Below, piece after piece: positions 37,950 through 47,500 of a stretch of 64,000 nt of DNA. Location: positions 1,248,001-1,312,000 of the forward strand of contig OY970303.1 in assembly GCA_963716255.1 (NCBI GenBank). The letters run 5' to 3'. The notes beneath the pieces were generated by a model. It was not told where the DNA came from and searched no databases. It saw only the letters and a list, made by a program, of their open reading frames with translations. A program made the position numbers and the translations under genes. Within the stretch, counting starts at the first letter, position 1, and each line of letters starts with the position of its first letter. Source of the stretch: an uncultured Gemmatimonadales bacterium. GTDB lineage: Bacteria > Gemmatimonadota > Gemmatimonadetes > Longimicrobiales > Longimicrobiaceae.

Positions 37950-39134
37950 TCAGGCGGGATTGCGGCTCAGGCGCGGCTCGTCCGGGCGGGCCTGGTACGC
38001 CCAGTCGAAGATCATCAGCGCGTTGCCGCCGCTGTTCCCCAGGATGGAGGCGCGGACCACCGCGTAGTGGATGCGCCCGTCGCTCCCCCGCACCCGGAAC
38101 ACGTAGCTGAACTCCGGGTCCACCGCCACGGGGCTGCGGGAGTAGCCGGTCGTGGGCGCCTGGAAGGCGGCGCGGCACCCGGCGTCGCGCCCCGGGCCGC
38201 ACACCAGCGCCGTGGTCAGCCCCGCGCTCACCACCTCGGTCTCGCCCAGCGGGCGGATCTGCCAGCGCCCGCCCGCGATCTCCAGCCGCCACTGCGCCTG
38301 CGGCGAGTCGCCGGAAAGGATGGGGTCCTGGTCGTCCGCCGCGGGGAAGCGGAAGCCGCTGCGCGCCGTGCTGTCGCCGTACGCGTACACCAGCTCGCCG
38401 TGGAAGTCCGGCCGCGGCACGCCGGTGATCACCGGGCTCAGGTCGCTCACCTGCCCCAGCGTGTCCAGCGCGGCGACGCGGTACCCGTAGACGCTGCCGT
38501 TGCGCGCCCGCAGGTCCAGGAAGCCGGTGGCATCGGTCTCGCCCACCTGGTAGAACGGGTTCACCGGCGCGCCGTTCAGGCTGACCAGCACCACCTGGTA
38601 CTTCCACAGGCCGTCGCCAGAGCCGCCGTCGCGCCAGCGGACGTAGAGCGAGTTGTCCAGCGCGAACACGCTGTCCGCCCTGGGCGCGGGCGGCGGCGAG
38701 TAGGTGGGAACGCCCACCGCCACGCGATAGTCGGAGGGCGCCTCGGCGCCGCTGAACTCGTCCGCCGTGGACACGAAGTACTCGTACGTCCGCCCGCCCA
38801 CCACGTTGATGTCCACGAAGCGGCACTCGCCGCTCTCGCACGAGGTGGTGGTGCCCACCAGCGCGAAGCTCCCCTGCCCCGAGCGCCGCCCGTAGACGCG
38901 GAACGGGTCGCCCTGCCAGTCGGAGGGGAGGGTCCACTCCACCAGCACCGAGGGATGCCCCACCGGGCGGCCGGTCTGCTGGTTCCAGCCCTGGAAGATC
39001 CACTCGTAGCGGGCGTCGACGTCCTCGGGCCCGTCGATGTCCGGGACGTAGCCGCCCGGGGAGTTGATGTCGATGTCGCACCCGGCGAGGACCAGGGCGG
39101 CGAGGAGGAGCGGGGAGCGGGCGCGTGTGAACAT
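37950..39134 (-). CDS. Lipoprotein with fibronectin type III-like repeats
   Basis: Lipobox [16 protein letters not shown] and [16 protein letters not shown]3-like strands. Confidence 0.7.
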   Translation of the reverse strand: MFTRARSPLLLAALVLAGCDIDINSPGGYVPDIDGPEDVDARYEWIFQGWNQQTGRPVGHPSVLVEWTLPSDWQGDPFRVYGRRSGQGSFALVGTTTSCESGECRFVDINVVGGRTYEYFVSTADEFSGAEAPSDYRVAVGVPTYSPPPAPRADSVFALDNSLYVRWRDGGSGDGLWKYQVVLVSLNGAPVNPFYQVGETDATGFLDLRARNGSVYGYRVAALDTLGQVSDLSPVITGVPRPDFHGELVYAYGDSTARSGFRFPAADDQDPILSGDSPQAQWRLEIAGGRWQIRPLGETEVVSAGLTTALVCGPGRDAGCRAAFQAPTTGYSRSPVAVDPEFSYVFRVRGSDGRIHYAVVRASILGNSGGNALMIFDWAYQARPDEPRLSRNPA

Positions 39135-39362
39135 GGTGTCCTCGAAGGTCCGGAGCGGTCGCGGATACCGGCGCGGCATCCACGGCCCCGGAAAAGGCAA
39201 CTGTCATTCCGGGAGGACACCACACCCCGCCGAGAAAAGCAAGGCGATGCGCCACAACCGGTTATAAGAAAAACCCAGCACACGGACCTGCAGCGGCCGG
39301 TCCCCACTGTGTCCGCGCGGCGGGAACGCGGTGTCGCTCACGTGAGACAAGCGGCGCGGCGA

Positions 39363-39447
39363 GGGCCCCCACCCGGCGGCCTGAGAGCCGCAACCCTCCC
39401 CCTTCATCCGGTTCACGCGAAGCGTGAAGCGCCATTCTGGGGGAGGG
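39363..39447. repeat. REP-like palindromic element (family C), copy 1
   Basis: GGCCCCCACCCGGC...CCCTCCCCC-insert-GGGGGAGGG; related to 44191-44246. Confidence 0.55.
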
Positions 39448-39508
39448 CTCGCCGCAGGTCGGGCATGGGTGCTTGCCTGGGCGGACGGGTGTCGTGCCGT
39501 TGCCGTTC

Positions 39509-39660
39509 CGCAGTATCCATCAAATCCTTTGCGGAGGGAGACCCGCCGGCAGTTTGGCGGGGCTCCCGCAGCCGGAGCGGAGACACCGGGGCCGTTTCCG
39601 GTGGCTCCGCGACCCGCGCAGGAGACGGACGGCTGTATCGTCCGGCTCCGGAGCGGCCCC
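39509..39660 (-). repeat. Repeat family B, copy 2
   Basis: Three GGAGAC-stem-loop-stem-GGCTC modules; same ends as copy 1. Confidence 0.9.
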
Positions 39661-39722
39661 AAAGACGAAAGCCGCCCCGACACCCGGAGCGGCCCTCGAA
39701 AATCCACCGGAAGCGGCTCGAA

Positions 39723-42590
39723 CTACTGGCGCCGGTCCACCCCGATGTCCCGCTCGTTGTAGTCCACCTTGAGGTCCGGCAGGTCCTTGAGGTGCACGGA
39801 GAACTGGAACGACGTGTTCCCCACCGGAGTCCGGTAGAAGCTGAAGTTGGCCTGCCACCGGTACAGGTCGCGCACCAGCGTCAGCGAGTGGGCCCCGAAC
39901 TCCGCGTCGGTCATGTTGTAGCTGGTGGCCCAGTTCACCGCCCAGTTGGCCGTGGGCGAGAAGGAGAGCGTCCCGTTGAGCGTCTGGTTCTCGCCGCTGT
40001 TGCCGAAGCCGCTGAAGGCGTTGGGCCGCGGCCTCACCAGCTGGTAGTTGACGTTCATGCTCCACGGGCCGCCCCCCGCCTGCTGCGGGTTCGCGGTGGA
40101 GGTGGTGGTGGCCGGCCGGTCCCCCGGGGCCCGCGTGGAGTCGCCCGGCACCATCTTGTCGCCGGGCGTCATGGACGCGTCGGTGCCACGGCGCCGCCCG
40201 AAGCCCAGGAGGCGGAAGAGGGCCGAGTTCTGCCCCAGCGTGAAGCCGGTGCTGAGCGTGGAAAGCTGCGGCGCGAACGCCCCGCGGACGAACGGGTCGC
40301 GCGCCACCTGGTTGGCGGTGGAGTCCTGTCGCGAAGGGTCGCCGAACAGGTCCACGCCGAACTGGATGGTGAGCCCCTGGAGGAAGTCGGAGCGCAGGCT
40401 GCCGGACACCTGGTCGGAGGTGAAGCCGTTGAGCCCGCGCGACGCCCGCGCGAAGTCGTACTCCAGCGCGCTCGCGTTGATGGCCAGGAGCGTGACCTTG
40501 CGCGCGTCCTGCGGCGTGGGCGCGGCGCCCCCGGCGGCGCGGGTGCTGTCCGAGGCGGTGTCGCCCGGCTGCGGCCGCGAGGGCGAGCGCAGCTTTGCCT
40601 CGAAGGTCTGGTCCAGCGTCAGCGAGATGCGGTTCTGCGTCTCGCCCACCTGCGTTCCGAAGATGGAGTCCTGCAGCGCGGTGGAGGCGACCTTGGGCGA
40701 GTACGTGTACGAGAGCCCCGGCCGGATGTGGTGGCGGATGCGCTCCACGCCGCCGACGCCCGGGAAGAAGCCGAACAGGTCGGTGTTGAGCTGCGCGCCG
40801 AAGTTGGTGCGCAGCGGCCCGGCCACGTACCCGTCCTGCCCGGTCACGCGCTGGCTGGCGGTGTCGCGCCGGACCTCCTGCGACAGCGACAGGTTGGGGG
40901 CGATGAAAGTGGACCCGATCAGGTTCTGCTGGTAGCTGATGGCCGAGCTCCACTGCCCCTGGTCGTTGGCGAACGAGACCGTGTCCGTGCCCGCGGGGAG
41001 GATCAGCGGGCGGGCGGCGAAGCCCTGCAGCGCGTTGCGGTTCAGCGACGCGCTGTTGCTCAGGCTGAGGTTCCCCACCCGGACGGAGTTGCTGAGCTGG
41101 AACTGCGCCCGCCGCTCCTCGGTGCTGCGGAAGGAGCGGGTCAGCAGTTGCTCCTCGAAGGGGACCTGGATCCCGCTCTGCGAGCCGGTGGCCGCCAGGG
41201 TGACCGTGACGTCGTTGTACCAGCTCGCCTGGTCGGCCGAGGCCGAGCGGAAGAGCGTCAGGGCGTTGGGCGTGATCCCGAAGCTGGGGAAGGTCCACTC
41301 CACGCGGTCGTTGCCCAGCGACTGGCGGCGCTGGGCGCCCAGGTTGGCCTGCCCCCAGTCGAAGCGCCGGTCCAGCGAGAAGCTGGAGGTGAGGTCCTGC
41401 GTAGCCTCCAGCGGGTCGATGCTCCGCCGCCGCACGTAGTCGGACGACGACGCGTAGCTCCCCTGGAACGCCATGTTGGTGCGCTCGTCGGGCTTCCAGC
41501 TGGCGTTGCCGGCCAGCGTGCGCTGCCGGGGGCCGTCGTCGGGAAAGTACTGCCGCCAGCTGGCGCTGCCGTTCAGGAAGCGGCGGCGCAGGTTGAAGTC
41601 CAGCGTACCGGTGAGCGAGGTGTACGAGTTGCTGCGCCACTCGCTGGCGACCTGCCCGCCCATGTACTGGTTGATGGCCCAGTAGTAGCCGACGTTGGAG
41701 ATCTGCCGCTGGTAGCCGGACGAGGTGCGGACGATGTCGTTGATCCCGAAGCGCGGCGTCAGGATCCCGCTGCGCCGGCCGCGCTCCATGTCCTGCACGA
41801 TGAAGGGGAGCCACGCCACCGGGACGTTGCGGAAGTACAGCACCGCGGGCCGCCCCACCAGCAGGCGGTCCTTGATCACCATGGTCTTGCCGGCCTCGAA
41901 GTGGTACTGCGGCTCCTCGCGCTCGTCCGAGGTGAAGGTGCTCCCCTGGGCGTAGATGCGGTTGGTCTCCTGCTCGGCGGCCACCTTCCGGCCGCGCACG
42001 TACCAGGTGGCCCCCGAGGCGTACTGGGTGCGCCCGCCCTCCACCAGCGCCACCTTGCGCTCCAGGTCGTAGACCAGGACGTCGCCCTCCAGGTTCTGCC
42101 CCTCGCCGCTCACCTTGGGGTTGCCCAGCGCCGTGGCGACCTTGCTGCGGTCCTGGTAGACGATGGTGTCGGCGTTGAGCGTCTGCCCGGCGCGCTGCAC
42201 CTCGGCGGCGCCGCGCAGCACCAGCACGGCGGAGTCGGCGGTGAACTGCGCGTCGGTCCCCTTGTACTGCACCGGGGTGTACCCCTCCAGCTTGAGCAGC
42301 TCGTCGAAGACGGGGTCCGGCTCCTGGGGGGCCGCGGGCGTGGTGTCTCGCCCGGCACCCGGGGCGCCGGGCGCCCGGGGCGTGCGCGCGGTGTCGCGCG
42401 GCGCGGCCGCGGGCGGACGCTGCGCGCCCGGGGGATCCGGCGCCGGACGCTTGGCGCCGGGAACGGTGTCGCCGGCGGCGGCGCGCTCGAGGCGCGGAGC
42501 GCGGGCGGTCTGCTGCGCGGCGGCGAGCGTCACCAGCGCGCCCAGGGCGAGGGCGCAGGCCGCGGCGTGGGTCAGGGGCGTGCGCTGCAC
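39723..42590 (-). CDS. lptD: Putative LPS-assembly protein LptD
   Basis: Signal peptide, OstA-like beta-jellyroll, PHY/PQY-like motif, RSGILTP, GYYWAIN, long beta-barrel, RDLYRW. Confidence 0.8.
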   Translation of the reverse strand: MQRTPLTHAAACALALGALVTLAAAQQTARAPRLERAAAGDTVPGAKRPAPDPPGAQRPPAAAPRDTARTPRAPGAPGAGRDTTPAAPQEPDPVFDELLKLEGYTPVQYKGTDAQFTADSAVLVLRGAAEVQRAGQTLNADTIVYQDRSKVATALGNPKVSGEGQNLEGDVLVYDLERKVALVEGGRTQYASGATWYVRGRKVAAEQETNRIYAQGSTFTSDEREEPQYHFEAGKTMVIKDRLLVGRPAVLYFRNVPVAWLPFIVQDMERGRRSGILTPRFGINDIVRTSSGYQRQISNVGYYWAINQYMGGQVASEWRSNSYTSLTGTLDFNLRRRFLNGSASWRQYFPDDGPRQRTLAGNASWKPDERTNMAFQGSYASSSDYVRRRSIDPLEATQDLTSSFSLDRRFDWGQANLGAQRRQSLGNDRVEWTFPSFGITPNALTLFRSASADQASWYNDVTVTLAATGSQSGIQVPFEEQLLTRSFRSTEERRAQFQLSNSVRVGNLSLSNSASLNRNALQGFAARPLILPAGTDTVSFANDQGQWSSAISYQQNLIGSTFIAPNLSLSQEVRRDTASQRVTGQDGYVAGPLRTNFGAQLNTDLFGFFPGVGGVERIRHHIRPGLSYTYSPKVASTALQDSIFGTQVGETQNRISLTLDQTFEAKLRSPSRPQPGDTASDSTRAAGGAAPTPQDARKVTLLAINASALEYDFARASRGLNGFTSDQVSGSLRSDFLQGLTIQFGVDLFGDPSRQDSTANQVARDPFVRGAFAPQLSTLSTGFTLGQNSALFRLLGFGRRRGTDASMTPGDKMVPGDSTRAPGDRPATTTSTANPQQAGGGPWSMNVNYQLVRPRPNAFSGFGNSGENQTLNGTLSFSPTANWAVNWATSYNMTDAEFGAHSLTLVRDLYRWQANFSFYRTPVGNTSFQFSVHLKDLPDLKVDYNERDIGVDRRQ

Positions 42591-43355
42591 TCAGGCCTCC
42601 GCGGGAGCTTCGGCGAGCCGACGGCGATACACCATGCGCGACAGGACGATGCTGAACTCGTACAGGATGATCAGGGGGACCATCATCATCAGGGTGACGG
42701 TGATCACGTCGCCCGGGGTGAGGACGGCCGCCAGGACGGTGATGGCGACGATGGCGTGGCGCCGCTTGGACGCCAGGAACTCCGGGGTCACCAGCCCCAG
42801 CGCGGAAAGCACCATCACCACGATGGGAAGCTCGAACACCACGCCGAAGGACAGCAGCAGCCGGGTGACCACGCTCAGGTACTCGCCCACGACGATGGCC
42901 TGCTCCAGGCTCTCCGTCTGGAAGCCCATGGTGAAGCTGAGCGTCATGGGGAGCACGATCTCGTACGCCATGGCGACGCCCGCCGCGAACAGCAGCAGCC
43001 CCAGGTAGAGCGAGGGCACGATCACCCGCCGCTCCGAGGGGAGCAGCGCGGGCGACAGAAAGGCCCACAGCTGGTACACCACCACCGGGAGCGCCAGCAG
43101 GAACCCGCAGGTCACCGCCAGCTTCAGGGTGATGAAGAACGGCTCGGTGGGGCTCAGGTACTTGAGCTTGCCCCCGTTCAGGAACGGCTCGATGGGCTTG
43201 ATGAGCAGCCCGAGCACGTCGAAGTGCATGACCAGGAAGAAGGCCGCGCCGGTGCCCACCGCCACCGCGAGCAGGCTCCAGAGCAGCCGCCAGCGCAGCT
43301 CCTCCAGGTGGTCGAGGAACGGCATCTCCGCCGATCCGTGCTTGAACATTGCCAT
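42591..43355 (-). CDS. tatC: Twin-arginine translocase subunit TatC
   Basis: MPFLDHLEELRWRL, YQLWAFLSPAL, FELP, LTPGD, LYE. Confidence 0.96.
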   Translation of the reverse strand: MAMFKHGSAEMPFLDHLEELRWRLLWSLLAVAVGTGAAFFLVMHFDVLGLLIKPIEPFLNGGKLKYLSPTEPFFITLKLAVTCGFLLALPVVVYQLWAFLSPALLPSERRVIVPSLYLGLLLFAAGVAMAYEIVLPMTLSFTMGFQTESLEQAIVVGEYLSVVTRLLLSFGVVFELPIVVMVLSALGLVTPEFLASKRRHAIVAITVLAAVLTPGDVITVTLMMMVPLIILYEFSIVLSRMVYRRRLAEAPAEA

Positions 43356-43419
43356 GCTCCAACCGCTCGCGGGCACGTCCGGTGGTGTGGGGGGGATCAG
43401 GGCAGCGCGCCGCCCCGGG

Positions 43420-43935
43420 TCAGGGAAGCGAGTCCTCCAGCGACGGCAGGGGGAGCTGGTGGCGCCGCACCTCCATCTCGGCCCTGCGGGCGTCCAGGTC
43501 CTTGAGCTCGTCGTAGAACTCGGTGAGGTCCTGGAAGTTGCGGTACACCGAGGCGAAGCGGACGTAGGCGATGTGGTCGCGCGTCTTGAGACGCTCCATC
43601 ACCATCTCGCCCAGCTTTCCGCTGGGGACCTCGCCCTCGTCGGAGCGGTCCAGGATGCGCTCGATGTCCTCCAGGATGGAGTCGATGTCCGTGGGGCTCA
43701 CCGGGCGCTTGACGCACGCCAGCTGGACGCTGCGCAGCAGCTTGCGCCGCTCGTACGGCTCCACCTCGCCGTCGCGCTTGCGCACCTGCAGCGGGCGCTC
43801 CTCGATGTATTCGTACGTGGTGAAGCGCCGCCCGCACCGGATGCACTCCCGGCGGCGGCGGACCGCGCGTCCTTCCCGGCTGCTGCGGGAATCGACGACG
43901 CGGTCCTCACTGTGATGGCAGAAAGGACACCGCAT
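43420..43935 (-). CDS. nrdR: Transcriptional repressor NrdR
   Basis: MRCPFC..VVDSR..RRRRECIRCGRRFTTYE, ATP cone, AYVRFASVYR. Confidence 0.97.
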   Translation of the reverse strand: MRCPFCHHSEDRVVDSRSSREGRAVRRRRECIRCGRRFTTYEYIEERPLQVRKRDGEVEPYERRKLLRSVQLACVKRPVSPTDIDSILEDIERILDRSDEGEVPSGKLGEMVMERLKTRDHIAYVRFASVYRNFQDLTEFYDELKDLDARRAEMEVRRHQLPLPSLEDSLP

Positions 43936-44029
43936 GGCTCTCAAGGTAACGGCGCGCGGGGTTCTCCGACAGCGCGAGAGGCTTCGTACACCGGCGTTTG
44001 TTCCGGGTTGCGGCGGGTTCGTTAAGGGC

Positions 44030-44168
44030 GGGTTAGGGCGTGCCCCCGGCTGGCGCCGGGGTCGGGCTTCGGCTCCGTAGGGCTGCAAACAACGCAGCCC
44101 AACGGAGTCGAGCCCCGGCGGAAACAGCCCCGCCGGGTCTCGCCCCTTCGGGCCGAAATCCCTCACGC
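44030..44168 (+). repeat. Repeat family A, copy 6
   Basis: Conserved ends; stem GGGCTGC/GCAGCCC. Confidence 0.93.
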
Positions 44169-44190
44169 GGGGTTCGCGCTGGCGTCCGCG

Positions 44191-44246
44191 GGGGCCCCCA
44201 CCCGGCTCGCTTAGGCTCGCCACCCTCCCCCGTGCCGGGGGAGGGG
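44191..44246. repeat. REP-like palindromic element (family C), copy 2
   Basis: CCCCACCCGGC..CACCCTCCCCC-GTGCC-GGGGGAGGG. Confidence 0.55.
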
Positions 44247-44545
44247 CATCTCCACGCTGCGGTCCTCACACTCCGCTGTGTCGTGCTCCTCTCCCTGTCA
44301 GTCCGGGCCGTTGCCGTTCCTGGGATCTGCGCCGGGAGGTCGGGGGAGGGTCCGCAGGCAGTGCGTTTGTTCGAAGCCAGCGTGATCTTGTCCTTCGCTC
44401 GGAGGGTGGGCGAGTTTCGCACTGCCGGAGGAGCCTCCCCCGGCCGACCCCATACTCGGAGTCCGCCGAAGCGCCCCGTCGTTCATCCCCTCATCCGGGC
44501 GCCCGGATGAGCGCCGCCCCCCGGCACGGCAAAGAAAGGGGACCC

Positions 44546-47500
44546 TCAGCGGGTCCCCTCCTCCTTCCTGGGCGTCTCGGCCGGTGGGTTGCGGACGGTT
44601 TCGGCGGCTCCCTGCGGCTGCGGCGCTGGGGGCGGGGCGGGGGCGGCCTGGGCCGCGGCCGCGCGGGCGGCGAGCGAGTCCAGGGCGGTGCTGTCCGGCT
44701 GCGTGCGCCCCCATTCCCAGCGGTGCTGCACGTCCAGCGTCCACTGGTGGTCGGGCCCGGTGTAGAAGGGACGCGTGAACACGTCGCGCCGCACCGCCTC
44801 GCGGGCCAGCCGGGCGCGGGTGCGCTCGTTGATCTGGTAGTCCAGGCCGATGCCGAAGAGCGGGCTCTGCTCCAGCGCCGGGAAGCCGATCTCGGCGGTG
44901 AGGAACAGGTCGTTGCTCAGCTCCCAGCCGAACTCGAAGGTGGGCGCGCTGAGCCCCACCGCGCCCAGCGCGCCGCCGAAGCCGAAGGGCGTGGTGGCCT
45001 CGCCCGGACGCGAGCGGACGCGGACGTAGTCCACCAGCCCGGAGCGCGACAGCTCCTGCTCCAGCTCCGCCGCCACCAGCCCGCCGAACAGCTCCTGCGC
45101 CAGGATCTGCTGGGCGAGCGCCCCCGTGCTCCCGCCCAGCCCGGCGGTGGAGCGCCCGAAGATCAGGTAGCTGAGCAGCTCCGACTCGGGGAGCGGCGGC
45201 CGGGTGTTGGAGCTGAGCCGGAGCGTGGGCGCCTGGAGCGTGCCGCCCACCTGCACCTGCACCTCCAGCACCGACCCGCTCGCCCCCGGGTCCAGCGTGC
45301 GGACCTGGTTGACCGCGACGATGTCCAGCGTGGGGTTGAGGTCCGGCGTCCCGTAGAACTGCACCAGGCCGCGCTCGATGTCGAACTCGCGCCGCAGCGG
45401 GCCCACCCGCAGGGCGTAGGAGCCGCGCACCACCTCCAGGTCGCCGTAGATGCGGGGCTCGGCCCCGGCCCGCGTCACCAGCATGTCGCCGCGGATCTGG
45501 AGCCGCGCGTCCTCCGATTCCAGCCACACCCCCTCGTCCACCACCACCTGCAGCGCCGACACGCGCAGCCCGCCGAAGGCCGCCGCCGGCGACGCGCCGG
45601 CCACCGCGTCCGGGATGGTGTCCGCCCCGATCTCCCCCACCTCCGCGTCCACGATGGCGACCTCGCCGCGCTCCCCGAGCGTGGGGATGCGGATGGTTCC
45701 CTCGTCCAGCGTCAGCCGGCCGGAGAGCGTGGCCTCGGGGAGGCGCCCGGAAAGGGTGAGGTTGGACGACACCTTGAGGGTCGCCAGGTCCTCCCGGTCG
45801 ATCACGTCGAAGCCGTCCGCGACCAGCCGGAGGAGCACGCGCGGCTCCCCGGGCTGGTCCAGGAGGACGCTCCCGGTGAGGCTGGCCGTGCCGTCGCTGC
45901 GGGCGCTCAGCGTGTCGATGCGGATCTCCTCGCCGCGGAGCGCGATGCGCGCGTCGATGTCGGTGAAGCGGCGGTTCAGCGGCACCACGGTGACGGCCGC
46001 GCCGTTCATGGAGGCCCACCCGTTCACCGTGGGGTCGTCCAGCGTCCCCGTGACCACCGCGTCCGCGGACAGCGCCCCCTCCCCCTCCTTCAGGGCCGTG
46101 GGGATCGCGGCCGCCATCAGCCCCAGCGGGACCGAGTCCGCCACCAGGCGGGCGCGGAGCGGCTCCTCCCGCAGCAGCTCGAAGCCGGGAACCGTGCCGC
46201 CCAGCGAGATCAGCATGGGGAGCGCGGCCTCCACCGTGAGGATGTCCTGCCCGGCCATGCGCAGCCGGGCGTTCCCCACCAGTTGCCGCCCGGTGTAGCG
46301 ACCGTCGATCGCCACCCGCTCCGTGGTGACCCCGCCGTAGCTCAGCGAGTCCACTGAGCCCGTGATGGTCATCTCCGGCGAGCCCACCGGGCCGGAGAGC
46401 ACCGCGCTCAGGTTGAGCACGCCGCCCACGTCCGGCGCCGCCGTGGTGATGCGGCGCAGGTCGGCCAGCTCCACCCCGGCCAGGTTGAGCCGCAGGTCGG
46501 TGGTCCCGGTGGGGGGGAGGCGGCCATCCAGCTCGATGACCCCGCCCCGCCCGCCGGTGCGGCGCAGCGCCAGCCGCTCCACCTCGATCCCCTGCACCCC
46601 GCCCCACACGATGCGCGAGGGCTGCATCAGCTGCCACGAGGCGTCGCCCAGCCGCATGCCGAGCGACTGCAGCTCCACCCCGCGCAGCTCGCGTCCCTCC
46701 AGCGCCAGCGTCCCCGCCGCCGACAGGTCGCTCGCCCCGTCGCGCCGGGCGAACACCCCGAAGGTGGCCAGCCCGGGGGCGGCGTTCAGCTCCAGGCGCA
46801 GGTTCTGGAACTCCTCGCGCCCGGCCAGCAGCACCTCGTCCGCCTGCAGGTTGCCGAAGCCGCGCCACCCCTGCGGCCCCAGCGAGCCCTGCGCCCGCAG
46901 GGCCAGCGTCCCGGCGCGCCAGGTGCCGTAGCGCAGCCCGCTCCCGCTCCCCGCAAGGTCGAAGGCGGGGCTGCGGAAGGTGCCGGAGACCGTCCCGTCC
47001 AGCGCCACAGAGCCGGCCAGGTCGGGCGGGGCCATCCCGGCGCGGGCCAGCATCGGCGCGAAGGTGGCCAGGTCGCGGGCGGCCAGCGAGATGCGCAGGG
47101 GCTCCGCCGCGGGACGGGTGAGCCCCCACGCGCCCGACGCGGCCACCCGCGCGCCGCGGAAGCTCGCCTCCAGCGTGTCCACCTGCAGGATGCCGCCGCG
47201 CGCGGCCAGGCGCACCGTGGCCGCGTCCAGCGGCTGCCCCGCCAGGGTGGAGGACTGCGCCGTCAGGTCCACGCTCCCCTCGAAAGTTTCCGGGGTGGTC
47301 CCCCGCCCCTCCACCCGCAGCGCGGCCGTCAGGCTCCCCGCCGGCATCCCCCGCCCGCCGGGGAGCTCCGCGGGGTTCACCCCCGCCACCCGCCCGGTGA
47401 CGAAGTAGGAGGGGACCTCGCCGGGGCGGAACCACCCCTCCAGGTCCAGCAGCCCCACCGGGCCGCGCAGGTCCACGTCGAAGCGGTACGGCTGCCGCCC

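Noticed and set aside
37938..43505. Very long plus-strand ORFs (1855 aa here; also 12434-15976, 26402-30502, 34277-38110, 51404-55021)
   Set aside because: Antisense shadow frames of recognisable minus-strand genes in high-GC DNA; no motifs of their own
44247..44545. Possible small gene or RNA between nrdR and tamB
   Set aside because: Only GC-rich frames without RBS or motifs, plus a terminator-like hairpin near 44535-44560; unsupported
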